From: Candidatus Thalassarchaeaceae archaeon
Lineage (GTDB): Archaea > Thermoplasmatota > Poseidoniia > Poseidoniales > Thalassarchaeaceae
Length of the DNA stretch: 64,000 nucleotides
NCBI GenBank assembly: GCA_023268715.1
Contig: JALRLV010000001.1
Location: 6,383-70,382, forward strand
Direction: 5' to 3'
The notes beneath the pieces are model-generated. The model saw only the letters and a list, made by a program, of their open reading frames with translations. It did not search any database and was not told the DNA's origin. Both the position numbers and the translations under genes were made by a program. Below, in pieces: positions 1-8,633 of the stretch (the stretch's first letter is position 1; every line of letters begins with the position of its first letter).

Positions 1-1942
1 TATTGACGATTGCAAATCCAATAGCAATTTCCATTTCCACATCTCTGTACCAAGTTCTTTGTCCCCTGACAACAAATGCACCACGACCAAGTGATTCTCC
101 GCTCTCCGTTTGTTTGGAAACTTGCGTAGGTCGAGCATGGAATGCAGTTGCTGCGGCGCTACCACTACCCCATGCACGGGACCAACATATTGCCAATTGT
201 GCTGCTTCTTTGATAATCTCAGAAGGTAGATTCTGAGCATCTTCGATTGAACCAGCGAACTCTTGTGAAATTTTCAATGATGCCACTCCTTCTGGCCTAA
301 ATCCGATAGGATGAGGGTCTGTTTCTAACCCATCGTGTAACCTTAGTGAGCAAGATGGGGCTCCGTGTAAATCGGCATGAACGTAGAGATCCGTAGAGCG
401 CAGATACTTCCTAACCACTGTGTCGTTACCCTTGGCATCCCGGCCGCCAACAACCAATCTACCATCTGAAAGTATTCCCCATCGATGTTTTTCGAACCAG
501 AATCGCTTGCTGCGTTTTCCTATTCTGACTCTTCCAGCTGCTGCTTCTTTCTCCCTTTTCGCAGCCTCCTTTGCCGCTTGAGTTTCCGTTCTTTCCAAAG
601 CTACTTTCGCTCCTTTCGCTTTATCTTTCAGAGTTCTAGCCTGTTCAAAATAAGTCTGGGCATTTTGATGCACTGAATTCTCTACAGATAGAGTTACACT
701 TGCTCCTGGCTCGTTATCTTCGTCAGGTAACCTGGCCAAAATTGTCCCCTTTGCCGGGTCAATCCTGTCTATCCATGCAACATCCGAAACTTTTGAGTCC
801 AAGGTTTGCCAACCTTCGTTTGCAATCAACGAATTTACTTGACCGAGTAAATCGTCTACATGAGTCCAGTTATCCTGAATCGATTTTGCTAATTCTTGAG
901 TCAATGCGGCTTGAGATTCAAATCGCTCTATTGCCGAACGCTGCTGAGCAGCCCTTCGGTCAAGCTTTGCTTTCTGTTCTTCATCATCTTCACCCGCTGC
1001 GGCTAGTTTTTCTTCTTCTCGACGGATGTAAGCGATTGCATCATGGGCTCCGAATATCACATCGTATGCTTCTGATAAGTTTGCAATATTGGCCCTGAGG
1101 CTTGAATCCATAAATGGTAGATTGATTGGAGAAAATTCCCCAATCATTCCACTTGCAGAATCTCTCTCTTGAGGGTCATCCTGTGCAGACTTCCAGGAAT
1201 TTAGTCCCTCTTTATCTTCAAACCAAATATACGCACCTTTGGCTTCTGCCAACTCCTCAAGCAACTTATTCATCGATTCACTAAGGACTTCTCTTTGAGT
1301 CTCATCAAGAGAGTCTGCAGGATCATCTGAATCTATTTCTGCAGCACTACAAACCGCATTTCCATAGATTCGACCGAGGTTTGCACGCGCCGCAAGAGTT
1401 CGTATCAAAGAATGCTCTGAATTATCCAGTAAATTGTCTAGGCCATTCCTGTCAAGTCCTCTAGGGTCCAAAGTTTCTGGAGGAGGTGCGTATGTTTCAC
1501 CTCTCTTTAGAGCACGACTTGCGTATTTGGCGTGTGTCAATGGCTGGAGAATAACATCGTTATCATCTAGAAGCAATACGTTTCCATCTCGAAATAATTC
1601 AATGACAAGTTTGTATTGACCACCTCCGTGTTCGAAGGTCAAAATTACTACTCTATCGAAGCCAAGTTGCTCAACTTCAACAAGGCGTGAATTTCCTAGA
1701 TGTTTCCTCAATATCATAGCGAACGGAGACGGATTGTTCGGCATTGGCCTATCTCTTCTGGACATATACAGCCTCTTTCCACGCACAATCACCAAATCAA
1801 CAGAAGGTTCTCCCTTCGGATTTAGCCTCAAAACAACCTGTTCATGATGTGGCTGGTAGGCTTTGCGTACGCGGGTTCCAACCATGCCGTGTAATTCCCT
1901 GACCATGCGGGCGACATCGAATGAGGAAGACTGCGCACGCAT
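1..1942 (-). CDS. rqcH: Ribosome quality-control protein RqcH/Rqc2 (NFACT family); 3' end runs off the window
   Basis: Not in the ORF track because no stop lies in the window. Hand translation from ATG at 1942: MRAQSSSFDVARMVREL...FAMILRKHL...QLGFDRVV...ELFRDGNVLL (NFACT-N) and WFEKHRW...GGRDAKGND...YVHADLHGAPS...QVSKQTESGESLGRGAFVVRG (NFACT-R). Confidence 0.92.
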   Translation of the reverse strand, partial: MRAQSSSFDVARMVRELHGMVGTRVRKAYQPHHEQVVLRLNPKGEPSVDLVIVRGKRLYMSRRDRPMPNNPSPFAMILRKHLGNSRLVEVEQLGFDRVVILTFEHGGGQYKLVIELFRDGNVLLLDDNDVILQPLTHAKYASRALKRGETYAPPPETLDPRGLDRNGLDNLLDNSEHSLIRTLAARANLGRIYGNAVCSAAEIDSDDPADSLDETQREVLSESMNKLLEELAEAKGAYIWFEDKEGLNSWKSAQDDPQERDSASGMIGEFSPINLPFMDSSLRANIANLSEAYDVIFGAHDAIAYIRREEEKLAAAGEDDEEQKAKLDRRAAQQRSAIERFESQAALTQELAKSIQDNWTHVDDLLGQVNSLIANEGWQTLDSKVSDVAWIDRIDPAKGTILARLPDEDNEPGASVTLSVENSVHQNAQTYFEQARTLKDKAKGAKVALERTETQAAKEAAKREKEAAAGRVRIGKRSKRFWFEKHRWGILSDGRLVVGGRDAKGNDTVVRKYLRSTDLYVHADLHGAPSCSLRLHDGLETDPHPIGFRPEGVASLKISQEFAGSIEDAQNLPSEIIKEAAQLAICWSRAWGSGSAAATAFHARPTQVSKQTESGESLGRGAFVVRGQRTWYRDVEMEIAIGFAIVN

Positions 1943-2010
1943 GGCTCTCATTACGAGGGTAAGCGGGCCCTTCATCAGACAATCGCTTGATATCTGACGG
2001 CTGAGGCCCG

Positions 2011-3045
2011 ATGGCAATGGCTGGCATGGGGGGGCTAAGGTTGGACGATGGTGTGCCATACGTTCATGGCCCAGAAACCATGGGCGAGGTTGATATAGGG
2101 CTCAGAGCCTTTTGGTATAGGCCAATGTTGCTTCGCAATACTCTAGAAGTTGAAGTGGACCTTGATTGGGGTATACACTGCAATGCGGACGCTTTAGCTG
2201 AGCAGGCGGCAGTAATTGCTAACCGCATGAATACTGATGGGATTGAAGACGCTGAAATGTTGGCTTTGGACTTAGCATTCATATTCGGATTTGACCACGA
2301 GTACTTCCATCATCGCTTCGATTCAGGTGTAAGCTCTCATGTAATGCGAACTCATACACAAACCGGTTCATTACCTGCTAATTTTGGGAATTATGAAGAA
2401 TTACATGATTCCATTTCTACTCGCAGAGAAGGCCCTGAATGGTGGTTATTGACCGAAGAAACTCTTGCCAATGCGCATATTGCAATGGACCCCACTAGAC
2501 TTGGGGGGCTGAAAGACGCCTTCATCGAATATGACTTGCTGCCTGAACCCGGAGATCGTTCGAGAGGTCCATATGCGGCTTGGCGATTTGTGGCATCAGA
2601 CCCTTGGAAGTTCAATTGCCTAGCCCATCACACCTGGTTACAGATTTTGACTGGAGAATTGGACCCACTGAATATAATCCCTGCAATTGAATCAATTATA
2701 CACGAAGGAGGGACTGATGCCGCATTCGAGGCTCTCGTGGATTCCATTGTAGATGCATGTGCCTTACCTGCGGATGAAGACTCCGTACCGGATCGAGTGC
2801 TAGGAAGAAATGGAACCGAGCATCTGTTTGCTATGGGCGGTGTGCCCGATGGCATGCTCCGGCGACTTGAAGTTCCAATGCATTTCCATGGTGGCGAGGC
2901 AAATCGTATGGCAGAAAGATACGGTGCAACGAATCCCGATTGGCCGTATGCAATTATTGAGAATCTTTATGAGAAATTAGGACGATTTGATGACGGCCCA
3001 GTTGATCCATGGGGTGGTGACGACCCATTCACCTCTATGGCTTGA
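2011..3045 (+). CDS. Hypothetical protein with HExxH zincin-like motif
   Basis: 344-aa acidic ORF; HEYFH followed by a downstream EETLANA helix. Confidence 0.6.
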   Translation: MAMAGMGGLRLDDGVPYVHGPETMGEVDIGLRAFWYRPMLLRNTLEVEVDLDWGIHCNADALAEQAAVIANRMNTDGIEDAEMLALDLAFIFGFDHEYFHHRFDSGVSSHVMRTHTQTGSLPANFGNYEELHDSISTRREGPEWWLLTEETLANAHIAMDPTRLGGLKDAFIEYDLLPEPGDRSRGPYAAWRFVASDPWKFNCLAHHTWLQILTGELDPLNIIPAIESIIHEGGTDAAFEALVDSIVDACALPADEDSVPDRVLGRNGTEHLFAMGGVPDGMLRRLEVPMHFHGGEANRMAERYGATNPDWPYAIIENLYEKLGRFDDGPVDPWGGDDPFTSMA

Positions 3046-3048
3046 AAT

Positions 3049-3903
3049 TCAAGAAATATTGTTCATGAAATCTTCGATTACTGGAATTGCAGCGGCCTCA
3101 TGTGCGAATTGATTACTCTCGATTTCAATTAACTTCGAGTTTGGTATGCTTCTACTTAGGTCCCCAGCATCAGAGTGGTCATGTAGAGTATCAGAAGATG
3201 CGCTGAGAATCCCCACAGGAGCATCTGTCTTGGAGAAATCTAGATTCATTTTGTATTTTATGAAAACCATAGAACAAAGCCTGAGCCTATCGATAGGAGC
3301 GGCTAACAGAGTCCGCCGATAACGAATTCTTTGCCCTTCTTCTTTCAGACGCTTATCGAGATACCAAATTACGAATTTAACCAACGCATTGTAGCAGAGT
3401 AATGGTGCAGGAATTAGGGGCCTCGCCCAAATCGGAGGAACGAATGCTAGGTTTGGAGATAGTACGACTAGGCTTCGAAAAACTAGTTGCCCTTCCCTAA
3501 GTCCTTCGAGTAAAAGTGTAGCACCCAATGATGAACCCATGGCGTCACAGTTTGAAGACTGAAGCCCTATCCTTGCCAAAATGATTGGTAAATCGGATGT
3601 TATATTTTGGATTTGGAACGACTCTTTGGAAATTTTCTTGTCAATTCTACAACTTCCTTTCTCACGAGTTTCAATGTAAACAACGGGTCTCTGCTTCACC
3701 CACTCGGAAAGAATCGGAAACCATCCCTCTGGAACCGAGTTCCAGCCCGGAATCATCACTAGTGTTCTTGCTTGTTTAGAATCTTCATTTGTTGGCGTCC
3801 ATTGTAAGACCCTAAGGTTGTATCCTGAGTTTCCCTCAATCCATTTCTGTTCGACGTCTGCTCCGCCAAATTCTGGAATTTCTTGCCACAAATCCGACTG
3901 CAT
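3049..3903 (-). CDS. Alpha/beta-fold hydrolase
   Basis: IPGWNS oxyanion loop, GSSLG nucleophile elbow, SDTLH, C-terminal His. Start moved to ATG 3903, 1 nt after the upstream gene's stop. Confidence 0.8.
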   Translation of the reverse strand: MQSDLWQEIPEFGGADVEQKWIEGNSGYNLRVLQWTPTNEDSKQARTLVMIPGWNSVPEGWFPILSEWVKQRPVVYIETREKGSCRIDKKISKESFQIQNITSDLPIILARIGLQSSNCDAMGSSLGATLLLEGLREGQLVFRSLVVLSPNLAFVPPIWARPLIPAPLLCYNALVKFVIWYLDKRLKEEGQRIRYRRTLLAAPIDRLRLCSMVFIKYKMNLDFSKTDAPVGILSASSDTLHDHSDAGDLSRSIPNSKLIEIESNQFAHEAAAIPVIEDFMNNIS

Positions 3904-3904
3904 T

Positions 3905-5416
3905 TCAGTTCCCCTTAACAAACAACCATTTTCCATTTCCTTGACGAATGTTTCCATTTTTTTCAAGTGCGAGTAAGTGAGAATAGGTCTGATCTCTCGC
4001 AAGGTTTGGATGTGCATCCGGAGTGTCAGCATATGCTTGAACGGTAATCGCATCAAGGCTGCCGTCGCTTGATTGCACTGCATTCAACACTCTTGAATGG
4101 CGTTCATTTCTATGCTTCAAATATCGTGTCAATAATCTCCTCGGATTTGCAACCATAGGACCGTGACCGGGAAATAGAAGTGAAGGGTCTAAATCTCTCA
4201 GACGTTCCAATCCTGCGAGATATTCGTTCATATTTCCATCTGAGGATGGGACTAGAATCGTACCAAATAGGACAGCGTTATCTCCACTTACAATTCCTGC
4301 TTTACCAACCAAGCATATGTGTCCCGGACAATGGCCATGTGTCTCGATAACGCTCCATTTTTCATCATCAATCTCGATTACATCTCCCTCTCCGAGAGTT
4401 CTGTCAGATTCACATTTTGGCAATACCGCAAGTGTCTCTTTACTGGCAAAAATAGGTGCTTGATAAAATTTAGAAATCTCAGATAAATCACCGATGTGGT
4501 CTGGATGCTTGTGAGTAAATACAGTTGCAATAATTTTACTTCCTGACTGCTCTATTTCAGCAACCTTATCCTTCAGGATTTCCAAGGCTTCAATCGATCT
4601 AGCGGCAGGGTCGACTAGGATTCTACTTCCGCCAGGATGGCCCAAAACATAGCAATCGGTATGAGTTGCAGGTGGAAGTGTGTCTGTTGGTATTGGTACT
4701 AGCTCGACACCGTTTGCATATTCGATTCTATGATATCCACTTGGAGGGTTTTTGGCTAATTCTAAGAATCCTATCTGAACAATGTCGCGAATAAGTGTAA
4801 CTTGAGGAGGTGGTAATTTTACCTCATGTGAAAGCCAAGCGTCCAGTAACTCGTTTGGCTTCCACCACTGGAATTCATCAAATTCTGTTCGGCCACTAGG
4901 AAGTTTTGCTTCAATTGAAGCGTCTCCCGTTGCGACATGATAGAATCTATTTTTGTGACGAATTGGTGCAACGGGAGGAGTCGTTCTTTGGGTAATTAGA
5001 GATGGGTTAAAATTGTCAATTGATAATGTTCCTTCAGAAACTAGTTTTGCCCATTCTGATTTATTTTCATTGACTTGGTCGATAATTTCGACTTGCATAT
5101 TCTGGAATCCACCACTTCCATCTGGTGCAACCCCTACTTCTTCCAGCATCTCTCTCAATAGAGCAATTAGCGATTCACGGTCCTCTCTTTCTGAAAACCA
5201 AGAGGGGTTATCTTCCGCTGCTTCTCTATCCACTCTACTTATTCCACCGCCTGGGAATGCCCAAAAGTCAGGAAAACTTGGGACTTCTGAGACTCTGTGA
5301 CAGAGCAGAATTTCCATCTCTTGACCTGAGTTTCTACTGATTACTGCTGCAGCCGAAGGACGAGGTTTTGCAACCTCTGCCGAGGGTAACTCGACCCCCT
5401 CTGGCAACTCACTCAT
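3905..5416 (-). CDS. NUDIX hydrolase / metallo-beta-lactamase-fold (LACTB2-like) fusion
   Basis: N-terminal FPGG...REMLEEVG Nudix box; C-terminal THKHPDHIG, GHCPGH, SGD, PGHG MBL motifs. Confidence 0.88.
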   Translation of the reverse strand: MSELPEGVELPSAEVAKPRPSAAAVISRNSGQEMEILLCHRVSEVPSFPDFWAFPGGGISRVDREAAEDNPSWFSEREDRESLIALLREMLEEVGVAPDGSGGFQNMQVEIIDQVNENKSEWAKLVSEGTLSIDNFNPSLITQRTTPPVAPIRHKNRFYHVATGDASIEAKLPSGRTEFDEFQWWKPNELLDAWLSHEVKLPPPQVTLIRDIVQIGFLELAKNPPSGYHRIEYANGVELVPIPTDTLPPATHTDCYVLGHPGGSRILVDPAARSIEALEILKDKVAEIEQSGSKIIATVFTHKHPDHIGDLSEISKFYQAPIFASKETLAVLPKCESDRTLGEGDVIEIDDEKWSVIETHGHCPGHICLVGKAGIVSGDNAVLFGTILVPSSDGNMNEYLAGLERLRDLDPSLLFPGHGPMVANPRRLLTRYLKHRNERHSRVLNAVQSSDGSLDAITVQAYADTPDAHPNLARDQTYSHLLALEKNGNIRQGNGKWLFVKGN

Positions 5417-5502
5417 GACTCAACGAAGGGGTTGACCGCTTCAATCCCGCCCCGAGTGGAGCCTCTCGGCAAACTCAAGTCAAACATCCCTCAGGACTGA
5501 AC

Positions 5503-6366
5503 ATGAGCGCTGGCGGGTTTGACTTCATTACCATCGGACACACCAATACAGTCACCGGCCAGCGTGAACATGAAGTGCAAATGCCTAGATTCGGTCTTGG
5601 AGTTTGGCAGATGTCCGAAGGAGGAGAGTGCAAAACAGCCGTTCAGCACGCCATTTCCTTAGGGTACAGACTCATAGATACCGCCCGCTCCTATGCTAAC
5701 GAAACTGAGACCGGCCAAGCCATTCGCGAGAGTGGAGTGCCCCGCGATGACCTATTCGTTGTCACCAAATTGCGCCGCCCACACGCAACGAGTTACGAGG
5801 CGGCGCTCGAGCATTGCCGCAGTAGCCTAGATATGCTTGGATTGGATAGTATTGACCTATACCTTGTTCATGCTCCACCTGAAGACATAGCGGCTAGAGC
5901 TGGAGTATGGAGAGGAATGGAAGAATGCCTTGCTCGTGGATGGACTAGATCAATTGGAGTCAGCAATTATGGCGCCCACCACCTTGATGATATGCGAGCC
6001 TATGCGACCATTTTACCTGCGGTCAATCAAGTGGAATTACACCCATGGAATCAGCGCCCTGCTCTTCGAGCAGCAACAGAAGCAATCGGAGCCAAGGTGA
6101 TGGCTTACTCACCATTAGCAAGAGGTCACAAGGTTGGATGTGATAGTCTCGCAAAGATAGCAAAATCACTAGACTGCACACCAGCCCAGGCCGCAATAAA
6201 ATGGGTATACGACACTGGGGCAATTACGATCCCAAAATCTAGCAACCCAGGTAGAATAGATGAGAACCTTGCGAGTTTGAATGTCGATCTCAGAGGAACA
6301 GAATCTGCGTTTAATCAATTAGAAGAAGCCTATGTTTCCGGTTGGAACCCTACTGCCGAACCTTGA
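5503..6366 (+). CDS. Aldo/keto reductase
   Basis: GLGVWQ, IDTARSY, FVVTK, DLYLVH, SIGVSNY, NQVELHP, IPKS. Confidence 0.95.
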   Translation: MSAGGFDFITIGHTNTVTGQREHEVQMPRFGLGVWQMSEGGECKTAVQHAISLGYRLIDTARSYANETETGQAIRESGVPRDDLFVVTKLRRPHATSYEAALEHCRSSLDMLGLDSIDLYLVHAPPEDIAARAGVWRGMEECLARGWTRSIGVSNYGAHHLDDMRAYATILPAVNQVELHPWNQRPALRAATEAIGAKVMAYSPLARGHKVGCDSLAKIAKSLDCTPAQAAIKWVYDTGAITIPKSSNPGRIDENLASLNVDLRGTESAFNQLEEAYVSGWNPTAEP

Positions 6367-6372
6367 GGGATT

Positions 6373-6555
6373 ATGATGAGAGATCCTGAGACAATTGAGG
6401 AAGAATTAGCTCTATTCGCAGAAGCGATAGAAGCGGGAATCGATCCATTTCCTGAACCAAAGAAAGAGACTCCTTGGGCAAGATATGCAGTTGCTTGGTT
6501 CATGATTTTACTAATGATTTCATTCGCTTCTAGATTACTCAACCGTGCACTGTGA
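6373..6555 (+). CDS. Small single-pass membrane protein
   Basis: 60 aa, acidic N-terminus plus hydrophobic C-terminal helix; fills the gap directly after the AKR gene. Confidence 0.6.
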   Translation: MMRDPETIEEELALFAEAIEAGIDPFPEPKKETPWARYAVAWFMILLMISFASRLLNRAL

Positions 6556-6557
6556 AT

Positions 6558-7097
6558 TTATGCACCCCAAGATTTCAACAATTCAAATTTGTCTCTCGAA
6601 GTAGAATTTGTAGATCTCCATAATTCCATGAGGGGTTTAGGCACTGGTTTACTTAGTTCTGCATAACGACCATCATCGGTCATTTTTGGATTATTTTGAG
6701 TAGGCCAAATGAGTAAAATCCCATAGCGTAATTTACCGGTTAGAGGGTTGTTGTTAGTAGGTCCAGAATGTAAATAAGTGAATAATTGAAGCCTATTTTT
6801 TGCCAACCCCAGTGAATTGGGATGCTTTACTTCAATTACAATATTCTGATCAAATTTGTTAGGCCCCCCGGGGAGTAGCACATAATCAGCTTCAGTTTCC
6901 TTAACGGGAAATCCCTTGTAATGTAGTTCAATGACGGTTTCACTGTGGTAGACAAATTTCCTTCTTTTCAATTCTGATGAAAATGCGGACTGGTATTGTT
7001 CTTCCATACTACTATGGTATTGATAATGTAATTCTTCATTTACCTCACAAGCCATTTCAAACAATTTGTCGCAGAGACTGTTTAATTTTGCATCCAT
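6558..7097 (-). CDS. GxxExxY-family PD-(D/E)XK nuclease-like protein (divergent motif)
   Basis: EVNEEL...SSMEEQYQSAFSSEL, IELHYKG, ADYVL, IVIEVK, QLFTYL, GILL match the family layout. Confidence 0.75.
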   Translation of the reverse strand: MDAKLNSLCDKLFEMACEVNEELHYQYHSSMEEQYQSAFSSELKRRKFVYHSETVIELHYKGFPVKETEADYVLLPGGPNKFDQNIVIEVKHPNSLGLAKNRLQLFTYLHSGPTNNNPLTGKLRYGILLIWPTQNNPKMTDDGRYAELSKPVPKPLMELWRSTNSTSRDKFELLKSWGA

Positions 7098-7217
7098 ATT
7101 TTCCGTTATTTCTCAACTTACTAACTAAAGTTTTCCTTGATTAGAGGCCAATTTTCCACCATAGTAAGTGTAGATTTTATGAAAAGATTTAAATAATAGT
7201 AGAGTTTTTTTCTCTTC

Positions 7218-7436
7218 ATGAAATACACAGTAGTTATTTCCGAAAATATGCATAAACCAGAGAAATACGCGATTTTTAACCAACAAAATTGGGACAAACC
7301 CTCATTGATTGAGCAAGTCCAAATCAGAATTAAAGATGGCTGGATTCCTTGCGGAGGAGTTTCCTTTGGAACTCACGAAGACTTTGAGCGGCCAGTTTGG
7401 GCTCAAGCTATGCTGAAGAATGATGAAGAAGAGTGA
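7218..7436 (+). CDS. Small DUF1737-like protein
   Basis: MKYTVV...VQIRIKDGWIPCGGVS...WAQAMLK pattern. Confidence 0.65.
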   Translation: MKYTVVISENMHKPEKYAIFNQQNWDKPSLIEQVQIRIKDGWIPCGGVSFGTHEDFERPVWAQAMLKNDEEE

Positions 7437-7454
7437 TGAATTCTCGGAATAATT

Positions 7455-7530
7455 TGGTAGTCCCTCCCGGATTTGAACCAGGGTCATGGCATCCAGAGTG
7501 CCATATGATGGACCGCTACACTAAGGGACT
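7455..7530 (-). tRNA. tRNA-Gln(CTG), CCA encoded
   Basis: AGTCCCT acceptor stem, anticodon arm TGGCA-CTCTGGA-TGCCA, GGTTCAAATCC T-arm, ends ACCA. Confidence 0.97.
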
Positions 7531-7595
7531 AGCGACTCGCCGAGTCGGGTCGTATATTTCAACAAAACCGCTCGATAGATAATCGAGTAAATCGC

Positions 7596-8633
7596 TCAAA
7601 CACGGAAAGATTGGTTGAGTTCCTCTAGGGCTTTCTTACTAGGTCTCAGTTCTTCTTCAGTCAGGTCGACTAATGGCGTGTCAGTCAGACCTAGTGCCTC
7701 ATCAGCGGTCTTCATCTCTGAATCATAATACAGGAGCCCTGTGACGTGCTTATCGTTTTGTTCAGCATCGTGAATCGCCGATAGAGCAGCGACCGCATTG
7801 CTTGGGTCGTGATCATCTCCGAGGGTTTCCAATCTCAGTGTCGAACCATCAAACAGACTAATGTCTTCGAATTGACCCTCAGGAACCTCTACCTCTTCAA
7901 TCGGTGTAAAGTGAGGGATGTAATCAACAGTGTGAAGTTCCTCTTCATTCCCTTTAACGTAGTTGTAAGAGCGGTATGATTCATCATTATTTGCGAAAGT
8001 TACACATGGTGAAATTACATCAATGACAGCCATTCCCTTGTGCGATAGAGCTGCTCGTAAAAGCGCAGTTAACTGTTTCTTAGAACCGGAAAACGACCTC
8101 GCTACGAATCCACAACCAAGGTTGATTGCCATTTTACAAAGGTCGATTGGAGGATTCTCGTTAGTCGCTCCCTTCTTTTTCTTCGAGCCCTTCTCGACTG
8201 TTGCAGAGTACTGTCCTTTTGTTAACCCGTAAACTCCGTTATTTTCGATAATGTAAACCATGTTTAGATTTCGGCGAATAGCGTGAATAAATTGTCCAAT
8301 ACCAATAGATGCAGTATCTCCATCACCAGATACACCGAGGAAAGCTAAGTCCTTGTTGACCATATTTGCACCAGTGGTAACCGAGGGCATTCTACCGTGG
8401 ACTGTGTTGAATCCGTGTGACTTTCCTAGGAAGTATGCGGGGGTCTTAGATGAACATCCGATACCGGACATCTTGGCAATTGTTTCTGGTGCAATACCGT
8501 TTTCCCAAGCCGCCTGAATAATCACGTTGGAAATTTGGTCGTGTCCACAACCAGGACACAACGAAGAGGGGCCTCCTGTATAGTCTGCCTTTGGTAGGTC
8601 GATAACATTGAGTTGAATCGGTCTCATGCTCAT
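7596..8633 (-). CDS. korB: 2-oxoacid:ferredoxin oxidoreductase beta subunit
   Basis: LCPGCGH, SGIGCSSK, HGR, GDGD...NNGVYGLTKGQ TPP motif, SPCVTF. Confidence 0.95.
   Translation of the reverse strand: MSMRPIQLNVIDLPKADYTGGPSSLCPGCGHDQISNVIIQAAWENGIAPETIAKMSGIGCSSKTPAYFLGKSHGFNTVHGRMPSVTTGANMVNKDLAFLGVSGDGDTASIGIGQFIHAIRRNLNMVYIIENNGVYGLTKGQYSATVEKGSKKKKGATNENPPIDLCKMAINLGCGFVARSFSGSKKQLTALLRAALSHKGMAVIDVISPCVTFANNDESYRSYNYVKGNEEELHTVDYIPHFTPIEEVEVPEGQFEDISLFDGSTLRLETLGDDHDPSNAVAALSAIHDAEQNDKHVTGLLYYDSEMKTADEALGLTDTPLVDLTEEELRPSKKALEELNQSFRV

Noticed and set aside
3..1619. Short + strand ORFs at the window start
   Set aside because: Antisense to the continuous rqcH frame
5400..7530. Integrated element with att duplication of the tRNA-Gln 3' end
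   Set aside because: No second copy of the tRNA 3' sequence and no integrase seen
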